64,000 nt of DNA from Epithemia pelagica. Taxonomy: Eukaryota; Protista; Bacillariophyta. The notes under the pieces are model-generated. The model was not told the DNA's origin. It did not search any database and was given only the letters and a program-made list of their open reading frames with translations. The translations under genes were made by a program, and so were the position numbers. This document shows, piece after piece, positions 34,701-43,376 of this stretch. The stretch covers positions 3,596,001-3,660,000 of the forward strand of contig OX337232.1 of the NCBI GenBank assembly GCA_946965045.2, written 5' to 3'. Numbering within the stretch: position 1 is the first letter of the stretch; each line of letters begins with the position of its first letter.

Positions 34701-35569
34701 CAGAACATGGGCTTTGGACAAGGGCATACGGAGCCAGGTCATCGAATTTCCGCGAGTTGTACAACCTGGTTCTGCGCCTCGAGGCCTTGGTGGACAATGG
34801 AACCATTGAGCATGGTTCCGAAGTCTTTATGTTCACAGACAACTCGACGGCGGAGGCTGCCTTTTACAGGGGAACTTCGTCGACCAAGTTGTTGTATGAG
34901 CTAGTGTTGAGAACCAAAAGAATGGAGATGCGAGGTTGCATTTTTCTCCGTGTCGTCTGGGTGGCAGGCACACGGATGATTGAGCAGGGCACGGATGGGC
35001 TCTCGAGAGGTGACTTAATGACAGGAGTCATGGCCGGGAGTGATATGTTGTTGTATGTGCCCCTCAATAAGACCGTTGAAGAACGGCAGAGTGGGGTTGT
35101 GGATTGGATCACAAACAAAGCCACAACGCTCTCATTCTGGAAGACTCTCTCTGCGCAAGATTGGTTCGATCAAGCGTTTGAACAAGGAAATTTCGTGTGG
35201 ATTCCGCCTCCTGCTATTGCAGATGTTGCGGTGGATCAATTGTGCGAGGCGAGACACGTGCGCACACACTCTGCCCATGTTTTTATTTGCCCTGCGCTCA
35301 TGTCGAATCGTTGGAGGAAGAAGTTGGGAAAGGTCGCCGACTTTGTGCTTTATATCCCAGTTGGCTGTGAACTTTGGTCAAAGTCTCAACACGAACCGTT
35401 GATTGTTGCCTTTTTGTGCCCTTTTTTAAGCAGGAAACCTTGGCAGGTCAAGCGAGCAAAAGGCTTACTGGACACGGTGGACGGGGAACTGTCTGAGTTG
35501 TGGCCATCCGGTACAGCCGTTGTCGGGAATCTGTTGCGCAAATTATGGACATACACGGGGCACGAGTAG
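31721..35569 (+). CDS. Pol ORF2 of element 1: C5-methyltransferase-like N-terminal domain, reverse transcriptase, RNase H
   Basis: RT: FFSVPKG.DDIRMVYDGT, DNDFGEMFLNF, MGLTTSP, YVDD. RNase H: GDASG.GFG, SSNFREL, FTDNSTAE, QGTDGLSRG. Confidence 0.93.
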   Translation: MSPWEVVAISQRKDRKRGREVGEKMNVESRELAKGSLLKRKVDMIDASDESLTGVAEQKTGRMRVGKGKWRIGIASIGTPFWFWAVTSLGCVKWIDVLDVDDIGDETGASEWRELLIPLEQKLTKNRGSKKQRIEFQESQEWNRRSLVDVVFFEGGMSPGPSHPVWSMETVQVVVWIGGQKWSGPPLEDLRLEKWSKGVMKIPHQDLGGVTDLVSWIHFAERTQGPSKEQCKDMPRFVDCWADFLDDGLRKTTMRGVIDPTVHGRECKLSVECVRGARPSSMIVNRKLRWKIDRFIEHTLPSVFASTGLVKRRLTPKEIAITMDFPAGLHKRGSDSELARWLDDVSVPFKVRVQVVNSLREWTRESKEGFTEDVKIRKDEGCLDRNGLLKEEDECPDETRMTEDEIPLYSIPDSEEGGGSLNTEERREDRNLKATKSDDAKIPTYLWDNRICQKLGIQNEGKRLEVVDALNSIRKGALRYWKRRVCADFWSWWKNQKFDDDEEEVRDQTIKAGLSALEHAARSSWWDWDMGSSPFFWRMPDLGWMTEMRDGVAPMWIGPTPAYRRRQHANPNEESKALEKKKLTKVRKRGYIAPTPGIKSLTSFFSVPKGEDDIRMVYDGTKSGLNAALFSPWFGLGNVNAMLRSMEGKTWSADNDFGEMFLNFWVHPELRCYTGIDITDLFPEELKERCGRTRIWEAWTRCAMGLTTSPYQTTQCAQRVKRIIFGDRSDPENIFGWVDVRLNLPGDTDYDPSLPWISKINANGDIAADVHPYVDDLRETAPSEEEAWLAASKMAKGAAFFGLQDAARKRREPSKSPGAWAGAIVETGNDGRVYKTVAQDRWNKTKAHVERLSEWAESPERINRKELERIRGFLVYVSLTYDIMVPYLKGIHLTLESWRQDQDGEGWRLPEKDRRKRACEWKEKASEIPPDTVAKVPRYDGDIAALMELTKDKTPPRILARPLKGSKAAILFGDASGEGFGSSLWIYGSSTVETEHGLWTRAYGARSSNFRELYNLVLRLEALVDNGTIEHGSEVFMFTDNSTAEAAFYRGTSSTKLLYELVLRTKRMEMRGCIFLRVVWVAGTRMIEQGTDGLSRGDLMTGVMAGSDMLLYVPLNKTVEERQSGVVDWITNKATTLSFWKTLSAQDWFDQAFEQGNFVWIPPPAIADVAVDQLCEARHVRTHSAHVFICPALMSNRWRKKLGKVADFVLYIPVGCELWSKSQHEPLIVAFLCPFLSRKPWQVKRAKGLLDTVDGELSELWPSGTAVVGNLLRKLWTYTGHE

Positions 35570-36977
35570 AATGTGTAAAAGCATTTGGCATGCAAGTTGT
35601 TACGCCAAATTGGAACATGATACCTTCCCGGTGTTTGAAGCCGCAGATTTGGATGATGCTCTGTTGGACGAAGAGTTGCATGGGGAGATGGAAGATGACT
35701 CCAGGCGATTTCAGGAGGCGAGAGTCGGGGACGACCTGATGTGTCCTTTCCAATGCGACGAATGCTCCTTTTACAACTTGCAAGGGCGATTCGCTGCGGA
35801 TCGAGAGCAAGACAAGATTTTGAAGTTGTGTATTCGACGGGCGAACTTGGATGCGTTTTGGTCGCAAGAAAGGAGCACGGTAGAGAAAAACTGGAGAGAG
35901 ATGAAAGGGCTGCTGGAAATCGGGAACACGATAGGTTTGGATCACCCTCTTCCGAATAGAGGTCCAATGCCGCTCGGAGACACGCAAGGATTGAATGTGG
36001 CGTGCCTTATGCTGATGAAAACTTTACGAGAAGGACGGAACTCAAAACGGATTCAATTTGAGACGGCCAGGAAGGTTCGGTCTGTGGTGTCAAATTTCTG
36101 CCACACGTTGCCAGGAGGAAGTGGATTGTCGGCCGTGGGCCAAGGGGACAGAGGTGGATTGTTTTTTAGCGCCAGTTCAACAAACTCCTACTGGTTCCGA
36201 CGATTCATGGCAGGCTGCCATCGTCGCATGGGAGATGTTTGGATTCCGGATCAGGCCGTAACTTTGGATGAGATCTTGGCTGGGCTGGCAATCCTTGAAG
36301 AAGAATGGCAAGGTGGTGTCACGGGTCAGAGAAAGCGGGAGGTGGCGTTGACAGGTGCCTTGGTTGTGGTTGGATTCGCAGCCGCCCTGCGAGGAGAAGA
36401 GATCCCACAAATTGATGTGGGACTGATGAGGAAATACTGGGAAGAAGGACTCAATTACCAACGAAAAAGACACGTACCGTTGGCTCTTGCTGGACGTTTC
36501 AAACAGACGAGCGGAACCTTTCGGATTTACATCCAACCGCTGTGCGATCGAACAAGTTCGGGCATTGAAATAAGAGTCTGGTTGGAAAGAGCAATACGGA
36601 GTCTCGAAGAGGTCAAGATAAGGACGGGCCCGATGTTTCGGATGTCTACAAAACAAGGCAAGATCAAGCGTGCGTCCGTGGGAGATCTCGACATACTGTT
36701 TCACGCCCTTTGGAAAAGGGTACAGCACCGACACCCGCACTTGATAGTCGAGAGCACAAAGGTCGAGGAAGTGTTTAGTACTCGGCGTTCATTCAGAAGA
36801 GGAGCTACGACGGAAGCGCAGAACCGGGGCATTTCGAAAGATACGATCGAAATGAATAACCGATGGAAAAAACACCTGAAAGGAAGAGGGATACTTCCTT
36901 CTATGTCAATGATCGAGCGATACTCGGATGCCAAGGCCTCAGTCGAGGCGTTGGTTAAGTTTTCTGAAGGCTTGTAA
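35434..36977 (+). CDS. Tyrosine recombinase ORF3 of element 1 with an N-terminal Cys-rich finger; start probably supplied by splicing
   Basis: ALRGEE (catalytic R), RSFRRGATT, NRW, ERY (nucleophile Y). The frame is open from 35430 with no ATG before the conserved CxxC. Confidence 0.88.
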
Positions 36978-37051
36978 GAAAATCAGGGAGAAGGAGGAAA
37001 GGAAGAGGATTATGAATGAGAAATACGAAGGTTGAAGGAAAGACCAAACGG

Positions 37052-38755
37052 GGTGATGACTCGGCTATACTACTACCTCGGTGGTATACGTCTAGGTCGC
37101 TTGTTGTCCGTCAGCTGGCCTGTTTCATGGACTGGAAGTCTCTCTCCACGGTTGGTTGCTTGAGTGTGGCAACTCATTGCAGCTGACTTCTGCATCGCTG
37201 CGAAGATATTTCGAGGATGCGGTCTCACTTTGTGAGGAAAAGGAGTGGGGGTTCTGGTCTGGAGACACACTCGCCCACGGCAAACACAGTTTAGCAGATT
37301 CTGGAGATCTGCGACTGTGGCGCGATTACGGATCCTTCCTACGGATATGGGTGGGGGGCCATAACCCCCCCCCCAGCGTTGGTCAAGTACTTTAATATAG
37401 TTTTTCTAAGTGTGTAAGAATGTGAGAACGAGAAGGGTCGGTGTCCTCAGAAGAGAGAGGAACTAGTACCGCATCGTACCGCCCCGGTCAAGAAGGGACC
37501 GACGGACGAACGATGAAGAGGACATCGATCCCAGTGAGATCTCAAGAGCAAGAAGTGGTTGGGATGGTCATTCCTATGACCGTCCCAACAAAAGTTCAGC
37601 AATCATAAATTGTTGGAAAGAAGAAGAGCACAGTCATCAAGGATTTGATCACCCATTGGTTCTGTGTATTCGCTTCTTTCGCCCACCCGCCCGCCCGGTG
37701 ATGACTCGGCTATACTACTACCTCGGTGTTATACGTCTAGGTCGCTTGTTGTCCGTCAGCTGGCCTGTTTCATGGACTGGAAGTCTCTCTCCACGGTTGG
37801 TTGCTTGAGTGTGGCAACTCATTGCAGCTGACTTCTGCATCGCTGCGAAGATATTTCGAGGATGCGGTCTCACTTTGTGAGGAAAAGGAGTGGGGGTTCT
37901 GGTCTGGAGACACACTCGCCCACGGCAAACACAGTTTAGCAGATTCTGGAGATCTGCGACTGTGGCGCGATTACGGATCCTTCCTACGGATATGGGTGGG
38001 GGGCCATAACCCCCCCAGCGTTGGTCAAGTACTTTAATATAGTTTTTCTAAGTGTGTAAGAATGTGAGAACGAGAAGGGTCGGTGTCCTCAGAAGAGAGA
38101 GGAACTAGTACCGCATCGTACCGCCCCGGTCAAGAAGGGACCGACGGACGAACGATGAAGAGGACATCGATCCCAGTGAGATCTCAAGAGCAAGAAGTGG
38201 TTGGGATGGTCATTCCTATGACCGTCCCAACAAAAGTTCAGCAATCATAAATTGTTGGAAAGAAGAAGAGCACAGTCATCAAGGATTTGATCACCCATTG
38301 GTTCTGTGTATTCGCTTCTTTCGCCCACCCGCCCGCCCGGTGATGACTCGGCTATACTACTACCTCGGTGGTATACGTCTAGGTCGCTTGTTGTCCGTCA
38401 GCTGGCCTGTTTCATGGACTGGAAGTCTCTCTCCACGGTTGGTTGCTTGAGTGTGGCAACTCATTGCAGCTGACTTCTGCATCGCTGCGAAGATATTTCG
38501 AGGATGCGGTCTCACTTTGTGAGGAAAAGGAGTGGGGGTTCTGGTCTGGAGACACACTCGCCCACGGCAAACACAGTTTAGCAGATTCTGGAGATCTGCG
38601 ACTGTGGCGCGATTACGGATCCTTCCTACGGATATGGGTGGGGGGCCATAACCCCCCCCCAGCGTTGGTCAAGTACTTTAATATAGTTTTTCTAAGTGTG
38701 TAAGAATGTGAGAACGAGAAGGGTCGGTGTCCTCAGAAGAGAGAGGAACTAGTAC
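37052..38755 (+). repeat. 3' repeat array B1(37052-37469)-A2(37470-37682)-B2(37697-38111)-A3(38112-38324)-B3(38339-38755)
   Basis: Direct comparison. B copies differ in C-run length (10/7/9) and by one G>T in B2. A 14-bp spacer CCACCCGCCCGCCC lies between A and B. Confidence 0.95.
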
Positions 38756-38862
38756 CTCACGTGGCAATCATACACAAAAATTTATAGTCAAAACATAGGC
38801 CCCCTTCCTTTTGTGGAGACGACGACCATGGCAGTCGATACAACGTCGAAAATGATGCCTTA

Positions 38863-39848
38863 ATGGCTCTATTGTATGCAGGGCCTCTTGTTCTTCCGAC
38901 ACGACAAGAGTTGTATCGGACCATGGTCTTTCATCGAGGCATGCATACGATACCATTTGTGTCAGGGAGAACTAACTGTGCGTCGTCGTCACAGTCGCCG
39001 TGTGCAACCACAACAACAAAAGAAGAAGAGGAGGAAGAAAACGACGACGATTCACCAAAGAACCCGAAACCACCCAGTCACATGGCATCCTCTCCCTCGC
39101 ACCATACAGTCCAACAGCAACAAGAAGAAGAAGAAGCAGAAGAAGTTTTTTGGGACGCTGCATCTCTACAAGAACAAGAACCAGAAGATACGATCCATCA
39201 ACCAACCAATGTTCCGTGGAGCAGGTGGTGTCGGATGGAATGGACGACTCATGGCATTGGCTTTGAGTCGCTCCTGGGTTATTTCATAGTTTTCAACGCG
39301 GTTTATTCCTTGGTGCATCCCCTTTGGATGGCAATGACAACAACTCAACCCTCAGCTACTGCTACCGCTGCAAGTGGCCTGTCACAACCACAGCACCTCC
39401 CCCAAGTTGTGGGGTGCGGGAAACTGGCAACACTGTTGATGCGTGGCATGACCACCAGTGTGTACTGGTTTCCCTCTCCCCGTGTCTACGATTGTGTCAA
39501 ATTCTATCAACACAATCAACAACGACAACAAGAACCAGGTGGGTGGTATTCGCTCGTATACCGGTGGTATCCAAGACGTGTTCCACTGGTGGAAATGGTT
39601 GTCTTTCTGTGGGCAGATGCCTTGTTGGAACGTACCTTCGAGGCATGGTGACACTGGTGTTGGCCTTGGTTGCCCTGTGTCACGGGGTGGATTTTATTTG
39701 CATTAACCAAGACACATTTCAACACTCCACTCTTGACTACCATGTTCCTTCGCGGGGTGTTCATAGCGACCTATCCACCATTCTTGGCCTTGTGCGTGAC
39801 CTCCTGCTCCACACGAATCTGACGAACCTGCGTTGGAAAGTGTCGTAG
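38863..39848 (+). CDS. Hypothetical membrane protein, apparently frameshifted near 39640
   Basis: 262-aa ORF with acidic tracts and hydrophobic segments. A hydrophobic continuation (GMVTLVLALVALC...) lies in another frame up to 39848. Confidence 0.4.
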
Positions 39849-40898
39849 AAATGAAGGAAGCATGCCCAACAAGCTGTTGTTGTAACCAATGGCAATCATG
39901 TCAAGAACAACAATGGGTCAGGCGTTGCTCGTCCAGTCTCGTTGTTGGCACTCTCTTCCTGTAACCTAGGCCAACACACTACAACAGTTTAGAAAGATAG
40001 TGACATAAGAAGAATAGTTTAAAACACTTGCCAATGACGGGATACCATAAGTCTAGTAAATGATGAATTCTCGTGTTTTTTCAGGATCATTAATCGAACT
40101 CCCCCTCTTGAGATAAGGCGTGAAGCACTAAATACTGGTATAACTCGAGATATAGGTCGTTTGAGCCGGCACCACCGTTCTCGTATTGTTATATTACACC
40201 TATACTAAAAGTCTGGGGTGGTGGTGTCGCCTCAAACGGCCTACGACGGCCATCGTCATGGGAAGCGGTCACTAATCGTTATCGAAATTTGCTTTTTGAA
40301 TGAAATGTGTGACAAAATGTGAGGTCAAGCTCGTAACCGAAAAACCGGAAGGCAAACCAGAACGCTAGGGTGCTGTGGGCAAAAGTGTAGTCCTACATTA
40401 TTGTATGTGTTTCTTACACTATTTAGGCCATGCAGGTAGCGTCTCGAACCAGCTTGTGCCGATAGATGTTGATATGAAATGACGCCTGACAAACCTGTCA
40501 CGGTAGGATGTCACGGTTCAGCATCTTCACTCGGAAGTTGCTTCACCGGAAAACATCTGCACATTCCGATAACGACAGGATACCAGAGTACAGCAAATGA
40601 CGAAAGAAAGGGACCGCCCTATCCGAGCCCTGCCGAGAACTGGTATGAGTGGTTAATCGAAACTATTCAACAATGATGGATTGTCCTCCAATGCATGGAC
40701 TCCATCCAATGAGGCAAGGCTGGCGATTGGGTCAACACAGCCAAAGCCGAATCCGAATCCACAACGCACTGAGCTCACTCTTATCAGGTTCAGCGTTCGT
40801 TTGGCAAAGGTCTGATCTCCTTTGGCAGCGTTCCACCACCTCTCAAGAGTAATTTGGGCTTTTCCTTCTCCCTTCGTGTTTCTTTGTCGTCTTTCTTC

Positions 40899-43352
40899 AT
40901 GTCTTTCGCTCCGTCTAAAGCTCCTCCTCCCGACGATGAGGACTCTCTCCTTTCGTCTCTCGTTGCTTCGGCATCCATTGTCACTCCGGGCATGGCCGGG
41001 GCCCCAGCTCGTGCTGGGGCTCAGGGGGGGGGGGGGGATAGTGGTCAAATTTCCTTCCTTCCTTCTGATTCCACGGACCTTTCGACAGCTACTCCCATGA
41101 AGACGACTGTTACGGAACCCTCAGGCACGGGCGATTTCTTGTCTACAAGTAAGTTTGGAATTACCTTCCTCTCCGACGAAACTGCCCAGGAAAAGCTCCT
41201 TTGTTTGGGAATCAAGCGAGGGGGGAACACCTTTTGCATAGACCCCAAGTGCTCCAAAGCCGGGGACCATGGAACAGGTTTACCCCCCTTCGACTTGTCT
41301 CAAACCAGCGGAGGATTCATTATGAAGAAGACCTCGGCATCCGCCTTCTGCTCGCCAGGCATCCCTCTTGATTCTATTCCGTCCGAAATCAAGAACAAGC
41401 TCCTCCAAGAAAAGCATACGGTGGATGACTGGATGAAGAAGTCCCTAGCTATCAAACGCTTCGCGTTGATCAAAAAGGAACAAGGAGAAACAGCTGAGAA
41501 CCTTGAAGAGTCGGAAGCTCGTGTCATCAAGATCACGGACTCTTCGACACCGTACACTGTTTCGAAACGTTTCGCAACTTCAAATCCGTCTTTTGTAGTT
41601 GAAAACTTCTCTCCTCATCGAAAAATCCTCGGCGGAAATCTGCAAGAGGTGACAACCAAGATTTGAGAAGACCCAAGCATGATCCCAATGGTATTGCGGG
41701 AGATCGAGGATTCTATGATGGAAGCTGGAGAGTTGATCCGTGCTATCTCCTCTGACCAGGTAAAGGCAAAACAAGAAGTCGTTGATAATGTTGAAGCCTT
41801 GGGGTTGCAACTGGAAAAACTACACATGGAAATCGGACCGAGGGAAAACATTAATGAGGTTTTTCAAGCCCCAACAATTCTTTGGGGTGTCCTTCAAGCC
41901 ATTACCAACTCAATTACGGGGAGTGACTCAACTTCGGGGGGAGTCAACCAAGACTCACTCCGATCCATGGAATTGTTTGTCAAGTCCAAGATCGGTGATC
42001 TAGACATTCAAATCAACAACATGTCGACTCATTTCAAGACGCTTCATTTGCAAACAAGAAACGATTTGCAGACCGTGTCCACGGATGCTAAGGCCATGGT
42101 GGATTCTCTTCGTTCTCACTTGGTCAAAGGCTTCCAAGGCCTCATCAGTCGAATGTCTACAGTGGAGCAGTCGGTGCAGATAATTCAACAGAACGGGATA
42201 AACAATCCAAGCAACTCGATGTCGAGCGGCACTTTGGGAAATTTGACCCCGCAACAACAAATCGATTGGTTGGCTAAAACCAGCAAGCTGGAGGCAGAAA
42301 TCCAAGGACTAAAAGCTGTCCTCCAACAGGGACAAGCGGATTTTCAACGTTTGAAGTCTAAGATGGATACAACAGCAATCAAGTTTGGAAACTTGGGTTT
42401 GTCGACAGTGGACGACTGCAAAGCATGGGTCGCTATGAAGTTTGGCTCCAGGGCATATGGATTGTTCTTCGACTTGCCTTTGGTTTTGGAATGGTGTGCC
42501 TCCCAGGAGCATGGCGACGTTTTGTCCATGCTTACGGCAATGGAAAAAAGGCACAAGATGCAAATCGCTACTACAAATGAAGCGAGATCTCTTTATGCTA
42601 TGAAGCTTGAGTTTCCACAGATTCTTTACAAAGATCTGCCTGGAACCGGCCGAGACCCGTCTTTCTTAACAGCTATGAAAGACTATGAAGATTGGGAGGC
42701 TCCAGAAACAGGAGTCCGAGATAGAATCATCAACAAGATCGGCAATATGCAATCCATGTTTGGAGAACAGATCGCAATCACAATGTCGGGAGAACCGGAA
42801 GCCCATGCCTTGGCTACCTCGATGCTGTCGGTCTCAATTGGATGTTGTCGTGAGCTTGTGAATTATTTTGACGAAACAATGAACGAGCTTACGATGAAAT
42901 CGAAGTTCACCACACGCAAGGCTTTTAGCCTGGTAACGCAAGTGGTTCGACGCTTCTTCTTGGACCTCTACAAGGTGAGGGCTCAAGTCTATTCGTCGAT
43001 TTCAACCTCGGATCAAAGTGGTCAATGTGCGTGGATCCTCTATGGGGTGCTTCGAACCCACGACGTCATGGCAGAATATTCTACCGCGCGTTTCTAGAAT
43101 CACCCGTCCGTTTCCAGTGAATATATTCGGTTCCTGTCGACGAACTCAGGATTTGAATCCCTAAAAACACTGGAGGACAAGGTGGACTCTCTCAAACAAA
43201 ACATGCAAACGGCCACCAAAGAATGTCATGCGGCGAAGAAAGCAGCTGATACTGCTAATAGCACTGTGGACTCAGTCAAAAAGGACGTGGCTGAGTTGAA
43301 GAAAGCAAACAAACGCCGTGGCGGAAACAACAGCAACAACAACAGCGATTGA
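40899..43352 (+). pseudogene. Gag-like ORF1 of element 2 with in-frame stops at 41664-66 (TGA) and 43095-97 (TAG)
   Basis: The frame continues through both stops (F*NHPSVSSEYIRFL aligns with FSGHPKIALILHEHL of element 1) to TGA 43350-52. Confidence 0.82.
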
Positions 43353-43376
43353 CAAGAAGGAGCATCTAAATTAGGA

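Larger units (their letters stand above)
29085..38755 (+). mobile_element. Ngaro-like tyrosine-recombinase retrotransposon, element 1 (near-intact)
   Basis: Gag-like, RT/RNase H and YR ORFs bounded by split direct repeats A1...B1-A2-B2-A3-B3; no TSD found. Confidence 0.93.

Noticed and set aside
35422-35428. T TTT TTA slippery heptamer as the route to YR expression
   Set aside because: A -1 shift does not reach the YR frame, which is +1 relative to pol, and element 2 lacks the heptamer. The tract fits better as a splice acceptor.
37052-38755. CRISPR-like or satellite interpretation of the repeat array
   Set aside because: Units are 213 and ~417 bp with identical spacers and match the 5' end of the retroelement; they are split direct repeats.
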